From Candidatus Sulfobium sp. (lineage in GTDB: Bacteria; Nitrospirota; Thermodesulfovibrionia; Thermodesulfovibrionales; UBA6898), in assembly GCA_037380845.1 (NCBI GenBank), contig JARRRI010000004.1:78281-142280 (forward strand): DNA of 64,000 nucleotides, read 5' to 3'. A program made the translations under genes and the position numbers. Below, one piece after another: positions 19,159 to 28,341 of the stretch; positions within the stretch are counted from its first letter, which is position 1, and each line of letters begins with the position of its first letter. The notes under the pieces were generated by a model. It did not search any database and was not told the DNA's origin. It was given only the letters and a program-made list of their open reading frames with translations.

Positions 19159-20199
19159 GGCAGGGGGCCCATAGGCCTGGACATAGGATCGAGCTACATC
19201 AAGACTGTCAAGCTGAAAGAATCAAAGGGCGGCTATGAACTTGAACTATTCGACATCCATCCCCTTCCGGCCGAGCTCATTGTCGACGGCGCCATAATAG
19301 ACTCCCTCCGGCTGGTCGACTCGATAAAGGAGATGATCGAGAAGGCCGGATTAAAGTCGAAGGAGGCTGTTATATCGATTTCCGGCCACTCTTCAGTGAT
19401 CATCAAACGGATCTCTTTGCCCGAAATGTCCGAGGAGGAACTTTCAGAGTCCATAAAATTCGAGGCCGAGCAGTATGTGCCCTTCGACATTGAAGACGTG
19501 AACCTCGATTTTCAGATCATCGGACCGAAGGAGGAGCCCGGCCAGATGGACGTCATCCTTGTAGCGGTTAAGAAGGAGATAATCAACGAATACACTTCCG
19601 CTGTCAAAGATGCCGGCCTTACGCCCGTTGTCGTGGATATAGATTCCTTTGCCCTCGAAAACATGTACGGCATAAATTACGAAGTCGAGGCTGGAAGAAA
19701 TGTTGCCCTGGTGAATATAGGGGCAAGCACAATAAATGTGAGCATCCTCAAAGGAGGCATTTCGGTCTTCACGAGGGACAGTTCTCTCGGCAGCAATGTC
19801 CACACGGAGGCGCTGCAGAGAGAATTCAACATCCCGTACGAGACGGCGGAAAGGCTGAAAAGAGGGGAGCCGGTCGAAAACATCGCGCAGGAGGACGCCC
19901 TGTCGGTTATCGGATCGGCCTCGCAAGAGATACTCGGAGAACTAGTCAGGTCTTTCGACTACTATCGTACCACCACCCTCCACGAGGATATTTCAGAGGT
20001 TATACTAAGCGGGGGCTGCGCCCTGCTCGGGAACTTCGCATCCATGATCGCCGAAAAAGCGGGCGTGGAGACGAGATTGGCCGAGCCGTTCCGCAACATC
20101 AAAATACCGAAGAGCTTCGACAGGGTTTACGTAGAAGAGATCGCCCCCATAATGGCGGTCGCCGTCGGGCTGGCCCTCAGAAAGCAGGGAGACAGATGA
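19159..20199 (+). CDS. pilM: Type IV pilus assembly protein PilM; native start codon and RBS missing
   Basis: Frame reads GRGPIGLDIGSSYIK from 19159, then actin-like PilM motifs; no ATG/GTG/TTG between the stop at 19093 and 19333. Confidence 0.9.
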   Translation, partial: GRGPIGLDIGSSYIKTVKLKESKGGYELELFDIHPLPAELIVDGAIIDSLRLVDSIKEMIEKAGLKSKEAVISISGHSSVIIKRISLPEMSEEELSESIKFEAEQYVPFDIEDVNLDFQIIGPKEEPGQMDVILVAVKKEIINEYTSAVKDAGLTPVVVDIDSFALENMYGINYEVEAGRNVALVNIGASTINVSILKGGISVFTRDSSLGSNVHTEALQREFNIPYETAERLKRGEPVENIAQEDALSVIGSASQEILGELVRSFDYYRTTTLHEDISEVILSGGCALLGNFASMIAEKAGVETRLAEPFRNIKIPKSFDRVYVEEIAPIMAVAVGLALRKQGDR

Positions 20200-20735
20200 T
20201 AAAGGTAAACCTACTCCCGGTAAAGAAGAAGAGAAGGGCAAAGCCGGTACCCGGCTTTCTCGTCGCGGCCGTAGTATTGCCAATAGCGACGGCGGCAGTG
20301 CTCGTCTATGTCATCTATTCGATGAACGCCGCGCTGACCTCAAGGAAGGACCTGGTCGCGAAAAACGACAAGAAGATCGCCCAGCTGAAGGAGAAGATCA
20401 AGTCTGTGACGGATTACGAAAAGCGGAACGCGGAGTACAAGAAGCGGAAGGAACTTGTAGAGAAGCTGAGCAGGAACAGGACCCTTCCCGTCAAGGCGCT
20501 CGACGAGATAAGCTCCCTCCTGCCTGCGGGAGTATGGCTCAATTCGCTGAAACTCAGCGGCGACAATATCAGTCTGTCGGGGACGGCGTTTACGAACACC
20601 GACGTAGTCAACTATGTCAACAACTGCAAGAATTCCCGGATGTTTACCAATGTATACCTGGGAGAATCGGTCCAGACCAGTATTTCGGGATTTTCCGCTT
20701 ATAACTTCAGATTGACGTTCAAGGTGAAGTCATAA
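20196..20735 (+). CDS. pilN: Type IV pilus assembly protein PilN
   Basis: MIKVNLLP motif, TM segment, coiled coil. Confidence 0.93.
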   Translation: MIKVNLLPVKKKRRAKPVPGFLVAAVVLPIATAAVLVYVIYSMNAALTSRKDLVAKNDKKIAQLKEKIKSVTDYEKRNAEYKKRKELVEKLSRNRTLPVKALDEISSLLPAGVWLNSLKLSGDNISLSGTAFTNTDVVNYVNNCKNSRMFTNVYLGESVQTSISGFSAYNFRLTFKVKS

Positions 20736-21346
20736 TGGCCAGACCGGATATAAGAAGCCTGCCGTCCTATGCCCGGATAATAATAGCCGTGCTCCCGGCA
20801 GTGCTTATCTCTGCGATTGTCATTATATTCATGGTGATGCCCAGGCAGAAGGAGATTAAGCAGCTCGATGCCAGGCTGGACAAACAGAACAACGAGATAG
20901 CCGCAGCCCAGGCCAAGGTGGCGAGACTCGACGTTCTCATAAAGGAGAACGAAAGGCTCAAGGTCAGGTGGGACGAATTGAAACAGCAGCTGCCGGAGGA
21001 GAGCGAGGTCTCGGGGCTTCTGAAGCAGGTGTCGGACAAAAGCCTCGCTTCGGGACTCGATATGCGTTCCTGGAGGCCGGGCTCCAAAAGGGTGTATCCC
21101 GGCGGCGTCGTTTACGAAATACCGGTTTCAGTACAAGTAAGCGGTACTTTTCACAATTTCGGCGGATTCCTTGGCAGCCTGACCCGGCTTAACAGAATTG
21201 TGAATGTGAACAACATACAGATGGGGAGCCCGAAGTTGAAGGGAGGAAGCAGTATCCTGCAGATATCCTTCACGGCGGCAACTTACTCGGCCATTCCTGA
21301 AAAAGAGATCGGGAAGGGCAAAAAAGGCGGGAGGGGCAGGAAATGA
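20735..21346 (+). CDS. pilO: Type IV pilus assembly protein PilO
   Basis: TM, coiled coil, LPEESEVSGLL, L.RIVNV; operon position. Confidence 0.92.
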   Translation: MARPDIRSLPSYARIIIAVLPAVLISAIVIIFMVMPRQKEIKQLDARLDKQNNEIAAAQAKVARLDVLIKENERLKVRWDELKQQLPEESEVSGLLKQVSDKSLASGLDMRSWRPGSKRVYPGGVVYEIPVSVQVSGTFHNFGGFLGSLTRLNRIVNVNNIQMGSPKLKGGSSILQISFTAATYSAIPEKEIGKGKKGGRGRK

Positions 21347-21864
21347 GGCGTCCGCTGGGGATACTTGCCTGTCTTCTGCTGGCCCTCTCACTGGCCGTTT
21401 CCGGGGGATGCGACAAGGCGCCTGTCCAGAGCAGGAAACAAGTGGCTAAAAAAGCAAAGCCGGCGCCCCGGGTTGTTGCCGTGCAGAAGCAGGAAAAGAA
21501 ACAGCAGCCGGAGGTCTACGAATATGAACCGGCGGGCAGGAGGGACCCTTTCACCTCACTCATCGCGATAGCCAAGGAGAAGCAGCAGCAGAAAAAGTCG
21601 CCCAATCCCATGGAAAATTTCGATGTCAGTGAAATAAGCTTGACCGCCATCGTATGGGCCGGGGACCATTATTACGCGCTCATTACACTGCCGAACAACA
21701 AGTCTTATACCATAACTAAAGGGATGACGCTGGGCCTTTACGGCGGCAAAGTCGAGAAGATTACAAGGGATTCCGTCCTGGTCAGGGAACAGGTGCGGGA
21801 TTACAGGGGGCGACTCAAAACTAAAGACACTATATTGAGACTCCGCAAGGAGGGAGAACAATGA
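21343..21864 (+). CDS. pilP: Type IV pilus assembly lipoprotein PilP
   Basis: Lipobox SGGC, Y.P.GRRDPF motif. Confidence 0.9.
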   Translation: MRRPLGILACLLLALSLAVSGGCDKAPVQSRKQVAKKAKPAPRVVAVQKQEKKQQPEVYEYEPAGRRDPFTSLIAIAKEKQQQKKSPNPMENFDVSEISLTAIVWAGDHYYALITLPNNKSYTITKGMTLGLYGGKVEKITRDSVLVREQVRDYRGRLKTKDTILRLRKEGEQ

Positions 21865-24182
21865 AAAGATATATCCTCTTGAGACTACTTCTGCCTGTCA
21901 TACTGGTGGCGTTGGCCGCAGGGTGCGCGACGTCTTCCAATGTGCGGCAGTCCGCCACTGAAGATGAAGCGGTAATCACGGGCATAAACCTTGGGGACAA
22001 CAGTCTCGCGATCAGCAGTAACAAACATTTTACCTATACGATCTACTCCACCGATGACCCCTACAGGATCACCGTGAACATCCCCGACATGTCGGCCGGC
22101 GGTTTTACCAGCAGGATAGTCTCGGAGAAGGCCGGTTTTACGGAGGTCATTCCCCGGCAGACCCCCGGCTCGGTAAAGATCGATGTCGTACTTCAGTCTC
22201 CGGTTCCGGTAGAGCCTTCTTACAAGGACAATACCCTCACCATCCGGGTGAAGGCGGAAGAACCCGCGGGCGCCGAAGGGCCTGCCACCTCAAAGGAGAG
22301 CATGAAGGCTGCGGACGAGCCGACCGCAGAAGCTGAATCCGCAGCCGGGGGCGAACCGATGGGCACGCCTCTGCACGAAGACAAAATATCCGGCGAAGAT
22401 GAACCCGCTAAGGCGACTGCTGAAGCAGCCGGAGAGACGTCCGAAGCCCGGCCCGAAAAGGCGGCGGATGAAAGTGCCGGGAACGGCGCTCCCTCGAAAC
22501 AGAAGGCGACCGAGATCACGGCGGTGAAACTCGAAAGGTCGGGTGCGGCGGTGAAGGTCGTCATCAGCGGCAACGGGACCATGGTCCCCAATGTCTTTCC
22601 CCTTGGCAAGAGGATAGTTATCGACATCCCCGCCGTTACCATGAATGCCTCGCTGCCTGAAAGTGTTATTTCTCCTCTTACCGGCATACGGGCCGGAAAG
22701 CACAGGCATAAGATAAGGGTGGTGCTGGACCTTAAGGAAAAAACAGGTTTTGAGGTCGCGGCAGTCGGAGACTCGGTCGAGATTTTGCTGGAAAAGAAAG
22801 GCATGGTCGCGGAGGCCACGCCTTCTGCTGAAGCCGAAGCCCCCGGCGAGGCCGCCTCAAAGGCAGCCACACCTCCGCCGCTGGAGACCCCGGTGGGGAA
22901 GATAGCGGCCGGAGAGACTGCGGCAACCGGCGGCGCGATGGCTAAGGCCGGTGTGAAGGCATTGGGCGGAGGCAAGTACAAGGGGAAGAAGATATCCCTT
23001 GATTTTCAGGACGCGGAAATAGGGCCTATTTTCAGGCTGCTGGCGGACGTGAACGGCTACAACCTCGTCCTCGACCGGTCCGTACACGGGCGGATCACGA
23101 TCAAACTTATGAATGTCCCCTGGGACCAGGCACTGGAGATTATACTGAACAGCACGACGCCTCCGCTGAGTTACAGGCTGGAGGGTAATATCCTGTGGGT
23201 GGCGCCCGTGAGCAAATTCGAGGCGCTGGTTAAAGAAAAGGAAAAATTGAGGAGCGCGGAGGAGAACGTCGAACCGCTGAAACAGGAGATCATACGGGTG
23301 AATTACTCCTCGGCGTCTGCTATCCAGTCCGCCATCAGCAGTGGAAAACTGCTGAGCCCGAGGGGGAGCATAACCATCGACAGCAGAATGAACACCCTCA
23401 TCGTGAAGGACACCCAGAACAGCATCGACAAGATGAAAGACCTGGTAAAGATAATGGATGTGGCTAAGCCCCAGGTCATGATAGAGGCCAAGATTGTGCA
23501 GGTCTCGAACGACTACAACCGGTCGCTCGGCATAAGGTGGGGCGGGTCCTTTACTACCCAGACGTTCCCGAATGTCGTAGACGGCAATTTCTCGGTCAAC
23601 ACCCCGACCGTGACGGGGGGTCCTGATCAGAACAGTCCCGGCGGCACTATGGGCATGACCGTCGGCCACGCCAATACCCTTCAGGTGAAGTTGTCCCTGG
23701 AGGCGCTGGAATCCATAGGCAAGGCGAAGACCCTGTCGAACCCGAAGATCCTGACGATGGATAACGAGTCGGCGACTATCCAGCAAGGTAAGACATTCTT
23801 CATCCCGCTGACGAGCCAGGCCGGCCCCACGACCCAGACGCAGCAGGCGACACTTAGCCTCACCGTCACCCCGAAGATCGCCCCCGACGGCTATGTCCAG
23901 CTGAAGGTGAATGCAACCGACAACAGCCTTGAGCCCGGGACGGCCGGGGCCCAGGCGGTGGTCGATACGAAGAGCCTCACTACCCAGGCGCTGGTGAGCA
24001 ACGGAGAGACGCTGGTTCTGGGCGGCATCTATACCAACGTCGAAACTGATAGTAGAGACCGGGTCCCTCTGCTGGGTAAAATACCTGTAATCGGATGGCT
24101 GTTCAAAACAGATACGAAGGTAGAGAGTGTATCGGAGTTGTTGATCTTCATAACACCGAGGATAGTCAAGCATGAGATGTAA
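21861..24182 (+). CDS. pilQ: Type IV pilus secretin PilQ with AMIN domains
   Basis: ISLDFQDA, VPWDQAL, QVMIEAKIV, VPLLGKIPVIGWLFK, ELLIFITPRI. Confidence 0.96.
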   Translation: MKRYILLRLLLPVILVALAAGCATSSNVRQSATEDEAVITGINLGDNSLAISSNKHFTYTIYSTDDPYRITVNIPDMSAGGFTSRIVSEKAGFTEVIPRQTPGSVKIDVVLQSPVPVEPSYKDNTLTIRVKAEEPAGAEGPATSKESMKAADEPTAEAESAAGGEPMGTPLHEDKISGEDEPAKATAEAAGETSEARPEKAADESAGNGAPSKQKATEITAVKLERSGAAVKVVISGNGTMVPNVFPLGKRIVIDIPAVTMNASLPESVISPLTGIRAGKHRHKIRVVLDLKEKTGFEVAAVGDSVEILLEKKGMVAEATPSAEAEAPGEAASKAATPPPLETPVGKIAAGETAATGGAMAKAGVKALGGGKYKGKKISLDFQDAEIGPIFRLLADVNGYNLVLDRSVHGRITIKLMNVPWDQALEIILNSTTPPLSYRLEGNILWVAPVSKFEALVKEKEKLRSAEENVEPLKQEIIRVNYSSASAIQSAISSGKLLSPRGSITIDSRMNTLIVKDTQNSIDKMKDLVKIMDVAKPQVMIEAKIVQVSNDYNRSLGIRWGGSFTTQTFPNVVDGNFSVNTPTVTGGPDQNSPGGTMGMTVGHANTLQVKLSLEALESIGKAKTLSNPKILTMDNESATIQQGKTFFIPLTSQAGPTTQTQQATLSLTVTPKIAPDGYVQLKVNATDNSLEPGTAGAQAVVDTKSLTTQALVSNGETLVLGGIYTNVETDSRDRVPLLGKIPVIGWLFKTDTKVESVSELLIFITPRIVKHEM

Positions 24183-24251
24183 ACATGGCAACGAAATTTA
24201 TCGGGGTCTGATTTCGGTATTGAGGAATAGAGAAAAAAGCGAGGAGGAGTG

Positions 24252-24884
24252 ATGAAGGACATATACCTTGGATTCATATCGATATTATTATTCCCGTTGC
24301 TGCTGGCGGGCTGCGGGGGCGGCTCGGGCGCTCCGGGTTCCTCGGGCAGCGCCGATACGGGTGTTCTTGTGCAGTCTGTCGGTGCGGTCGTCTCCACCCC
24401 TACGTCGAGTGGAGGTACGGCGGGCGGTGGCGGCACCTCAAATCCCGACATCGACACGGCCATTCACCTCTGCCCGGGCGGGGAGCCTGAGGCCGGCCTT
24501 TTCAGGACGGACGCCATACTCACGGTCTCGACCGCAGCGCTTAATCCTGATACGGCTTCAGACCCTTTTCCTGCCAGCGTAGAAAGGTGCACTATCACTT
24601 ACAAAAAGGCCGATGAAGACCCGGCGGCGCCGATCATCCCGGAATTTACAGCGTATCCTAACTGCCCGCTTATCGATGGTGAAAATACATGCATAATGAC
24701 GTTCATGGACATCCAGAGGAAGGTCGATTTCTGGGACGCCCTCGTGGGGGCAACCAATTACCCCGCTACTTATCCGACCCACTATATTGGGGTGATCAAC
24801 TGCTCATACATGAACGCCTTCGGCAAGAGCGGCAATTTCCAGACCGAAGTGGACGTCTGGCTGGCCGATTTCGATTTGTGCTGA
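24252..24884 (+). CDS. Hypothetical lipoprotein, Cys-rich
   Basis: Lipobox LAGC, Gly/Ser linker, six further Cys; SD GAGGAGG. Confidence 0.8.
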   Translation: MKDIYLGFISILLFPLLLAGCGGGSGAPGSSGSADTGVLVQSVGAVVSTPTSSGGTAGGGGTSNPDIDTAIHLCPGGEPEAGLFRTDAILTVSTAALNPDTASDPFPASVERCTITYKKADEDPAAPIIPEFTAYPNCPLIDGENTCIMTFMDIQRKVDFWDALVGATNYPATYPTHYIGVINCSYMNAFGKSGNFQTEVDVWLADFDLC

Positions 24885-24898
24885 TAGGGGAGGAGAAG

Positions 24899-26296
24899 AT
24901 GAAAAAATTTTTCTTGATTGCGATTCTTTTTACACTTTCCATAGCGATGGCGGGCTGCGGGGGAGGCACAGGGTCTTCGAGCCAGCCCTCGGGTGTCAAC
25001 GGTGGGACGCCATCCGTCATCCAGCTGCTGCCTATCCAGACCATTGCCCAGACCAACTCATCCATCTCCCTCAAGGCCAAGGTCCTTGACGGCAACGGGA
25101 ACCTCCTCCCCAGCGTCCCCGTCACGTTCACAAACCTCTCGACGGTCGGCAGTCTGAGCTCAACGACCGCCAATACGGACCGGAATGGCATTGCCACCGT
25201 AAGTCTGTTTTCTTCCACGTCGGGTTTTTCCACCGTCCAGTCCGAAGTCAACACCGGGGCAGGGATGGTGAGGGACAAGCGGACCGTATTTTTCTCGAAC
25301 TTCGACCTTACGGTGCCGTCGCCCACCCCGGCGCCTGCGCCAGTGCTCACCCTCGATGTGGACGGGAACAATAACGGCATATTTAATGAGCCCAGCGACT
25401 TCATTCTTTTTGAAACCCCGGAGGACAACGAGGTGATTGTCCGGGCGACTCTCACGACGGGAGATATACCGATACCCGGGAGCCTGATTACCTTCGGCTC
25501 CGACACGGAAGAGGGGACGTTCCCACTCGGCGACACCGTCCTTACCGACGTCAACGGACAGGCGTCCGTTCTGGTGAAGGTCGACCCTGTTGTGCTGAGG
25601 AACTTCAATACAGTCCTTAATATCACCGCGATGTCGGATGACGGGGCATCGAACCTTGTTTCCCTGTTCCTTGACCCCGTGCTTATCGATACACTATCCG
25701 TATCCTCGGACCTGCAGACGGTGGATTCCGGAGGGACCGCAAATATCTCGGCCCTGTTGATGACAACGGCGGGTACCACGGCCCCGGATGGAACGGCGGT
25801 GAGCTTCATGACCACCACCGGCGGGGTGACGCCCTTCAGCCAGACAACGGACGGGATCGCAAAAGCCACGTTTACGGCGCCCACACTTGTCCCGGGTTCC
25901 TTCGGCCAGCAGGCCACAATAACGGCTTCATCGGGAGGGAAATCCGATACTGTAAAGATTACAATAGTGGCGCCGCCTGCACCGACGCCCGCACCGACGC
26001 CCACACCGACGCCGGTGCCTGCACTGGTGGTTACGCCGCCTAATGCAACGATTCCGTGCGAGGGTGCCACTGCAATTTTCTTCGTGACCGGGGGTGTTTC
26101 GCCTTACGCGGTACAGCCGGCAGTGACAACGACACTTGTCACTCTCGATAAAACTAATTTGTCAGCTAACGGCTCGTTTACAGTGAAATCGAATGCTTGC
26201 GCATCGGTTCCTGTGGGAAACAATACGGTGAACATCTTGGTCAGCGATAGTGGTGGTACCGTTCTCACCGTTCCGGTTACGGTGACAAACCCGTGA
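24899..26296 (+). CDS. Lipoprotein with Big_1/invasin-like Ig domains and Pro/Thr linker
   Basis: Lipobox MAGC; VLDGNGN..VPVTF..ANTDRNGIATV and similar repeats; PAPTPAPTPTPTP linker. Confidence 0.8.
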   Translation: MKKFFLIAILFTLSIAMAGCGGGTGSSSQPSGVNGGTPSVIQLLPIQTIAQTNSSISLKAKVLDGNGNLLPSVPVTFTNLSTVGSLSSTTANTDRNGIATVSLFSSTSGFSTVQSEVNTGAGMVRDKRTVFFSNFDLTVPSPTPAPAPVLTLDVDGNNNGIFNEPSDFILFETPEDNEVIVRATLTTGDIPIPGSLITFGSDTEEGTFPLGDTVLTDVNGQASVLVKVDPVVLRNFNTVLNITAMSDDGASNLVSLFLDPVLIDTLSVSSDLQTVDSGGTANISALLMTTAGTTAPDGTAVSFMTTTGGVTPFSQTTDGIAKATFTAPTLVPGSFGQQATITASSGGKSDTVKITIVAPPAPTPAPTPTPTPVPALVVTPPNATIPCEGATAIFFVTGGVSPYAVQPAVTTTLVTLDKTNLSANGSFTVKSNACASVPVGNNTVNILVSDSGGTVLTVPVTVTNP

Positions 26297-26324
26297 GGAC
26301 TGAAGACCTTTGGCTTGAGCAACA

Positions 26325-26351
26325 GGGCGGGCGAAGGCCCGCCCCCTTTTT
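26325..26351 (+). terminator. Rho-independent terminator-like hairpin
   Basis: gggcgggc-gaag-gcccgccc followed by a T tract. Confidence 0.7.
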
Positions 26352-26369
26352 ATAAGGAGGAAGAGGCAG

Positions 26370-28280
26370 ATGATGAAAAGGTTTATCTATATTTCTATCG
26401 CACTCATACTCGCGTCGTGCGGGAGCCAGAAGTCCGGCGACATATCCCTGAATTCCGTCCAGCAGGCCCCCGCCAAAGAGGCGGCTTCCGTAGCGGCCCC
26501 TTCGGTCAAGGCCCCTGTTGCGACGGTCCAGTCCATACTTGCCGAGGCTGAAAAGGGCGGATACAGGAAGGGGGAACTCCTGGTCCGTTATAAAACAGGA
26601 ACAGCCGCCGCTGCGTCCGCCAGGATGAACTCGGCAGTCGGGGCAAAATCCGTGAGGAAGTTCCCTCTGGTCAACGCCGAACAGGTGAAGCTCCCGGAAG
26701 GCGTTTCAGTAAAGGACGCCGTCTCCCGGTACATGCAGGACCCGGACGTCCTCTATGCCGAGCCTAATTACCTGAGATACCCGATGATGACCCCCAACGA
26801 TACCTATTTTAACCCCCAGCAGTGGGCATTAGATAATACCGGAACATACGCAAGCGGTACAGTGGGCGATGATATCGGGATGCCGCAGGCGTGGGACCTG
26901 ACTCAGGGAAGCAGGGACGTTATCGTGGCCGACATAGACAGCGGCGTGGATTACAACCATCCCGACCTGGTAAACAACATATGGATCAATACGGGCGAAG
27001 ACTGCAACAACGGCATCGATGACGACGGAAACGGCTACATAGACGATTGCCAGGGATGGAACTTTCCGGCCGGTACGAATGATCCCATGGACGACTTCGG
27101 ACACGGCACCCATGTCGCCGGCATTATCGGCGCCGTCGGCAACAACGGACAGGGCATAGCCGGCGTCATGTGGAACGTGAGGATCATGCCCCTGAAATTC
27201 ATATCTCAGCTGGGTCCCGTTGCATGCGGGGGAGAAGAAGGATTCTGCGGCGACGTCGCGGACGAGGTGGCTGCGATCCAGTATGCGGTGGACAACGGGG
27301 CGAAGGTCATTAACGCCAGTTACGGGGCAGAGACTTTTTCGCAGGACGAGCACGACGCAATCAGTGCGGCAAACGATGCCGGAGTGCTCTTTGTAGCCGC
27401 CGCGGGCAACGGGAGCCTCGACACGGCGGGGGACAACAACGACATCATGCCGGAATACCCGGCCGGCTATAATCTGCCGAACATAATAGCTGTTGCGGCC
27501 ACCGACCAGAACGACGAGAGGGCGTCTTTCAGCAACTTCGGGCCGAACTCGGTCCAGGTCGCCGCGCCGGGGGTCTATATCCTGAGCACGGTGCCCACGA
27601 TGGGCGTCGCGGGTTCCTTCAGTTCCTTCTGCACGTCTTCCTTCTTTACAGGGTATGAAATCTGCAGCGGCACTTCCATGGCCGCGCCGCACGTCGCAGG
27701 GCTTGCCGGTCTTCTGGAGAGTTACTACACTAATTTCGACTATGGGCAGGTCCGCTCCACGATCCTCAGATATGTGGACGGACGCCCCACTCTTAACGGC
27801 TGGGTCAAGACCGGCGGAAGGGTGAACGCCTACAAAGCTCTTTCCTCCCTGCTTGCACCGACGGACTTGGATGCCTCGTCGACACTGCCTTCTGAAGTCT
27901 CGCTGTCCTGGTCCGACAACGCGACGGGGGAGGACGGTTACACGGTTGAGAGGAAAACGGGCGACGGCGGCTATGCCGTGGTCCAGACGCTCGGGCCGGA
28001 CGCAGCCGGCTACACCGATTCCGGCCTCGTCGCGGGCACGACATACACTTACCGGGTGAGGGCGTTCAACAATATCGGAGAGTCACTGGACGGCCCGGGC
28101 AATGTGGCTACAGTGACTACGCCCGGGTCGGCCCCCTCTGCGGAGACCGGAGGGAGCGGAGGAGGGTGCTCTGTCGCCACCCGTCCCGGCGACTCCACGG
28201 CCCCCGGGGACATCGCCGTGTTCCTGCTCCCCCTGGTTGTGCTCTTCGTTATTAAAAGGGTCAGGCGCAGGAAGGCATAA
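26370..28280 (+). CDS. S8 subtilisin-family serine protease; lipoprotein with Fn3 domain and C-terminal Cys-containing sorting signal
   Basis: Lipobox LASC; triad motifs DIDSG, HGTHVAG, GTSMAAPHVAG; Fn3 (W.DN...Y.Y.VRAFN); tail GGSGGGC...TM...KRVRRRKA. Confidence 0.93.
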   Translation: MMKRFIYISIALILASCGSQKSGDISLNSVQQAPAKEAASVAAPSVKAPVATVQSILAEAEKGGYRKGELLVRYKTGTAAAASARMNSAVGAKSVRKFPLVNAEQVKLPEGVSVKDAVSRYMQDPDVLYAEPNYLRYPMMTPNDTYFNPQQWALDNTGTYASGTVGDDIGMPQAWDLTQGSRDVIVADIDSGVDYNHPDLVNNIWINTGEDCNNGIDDDGNGYIDDCQGWNFPAGTNDPMDDFGHGTHVAGIIGAVGNNGQGIAGVMWNVRIMPLKFISQLGPVACGGEEGFCGDVADEVAAIQYAVDNGAKVINASYGAETFSQDEHDAISAANDAGVLFVAAAGNGSLDTAGDNNDIMPEYPAGYNLPNIIAVAATDQNDERASFSNFGPNSVQVAAPGVYILSTVPTMGVAGSFSSFCTSSFFTGYEICSGTSMAAPHVAGLAGLLESYYTNFDYGQVRSTILRYVDGRPTLNGWVKTGGRVNAYKALSSLLAPTDLDASSTLPSEVSLSWSDNATGEDGYTVERKTGDGGYAVVQTLGPDAAGYTDSGLVAGTTYTYRVRAFNNIGESLDGPGNVATVTTPGSAPSAETGGSGGGCSVATRPGDSTAPGDIAVFLLPLVVLFVIKRVRRRKA

Positions 28281-28341
28281 GACGGGCTGCGGTGAACAAG
28301 TGACTAAGAGGGGCTCCGGCCCCTCTCTTCTTTTCAGCCGG

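Noticed and set aside
25971..26020. Tandem repeat as CRISPR or mobile element
   Set aside because: Short coding repeat for a Pro/Thr linker; no spacers or cas genes.
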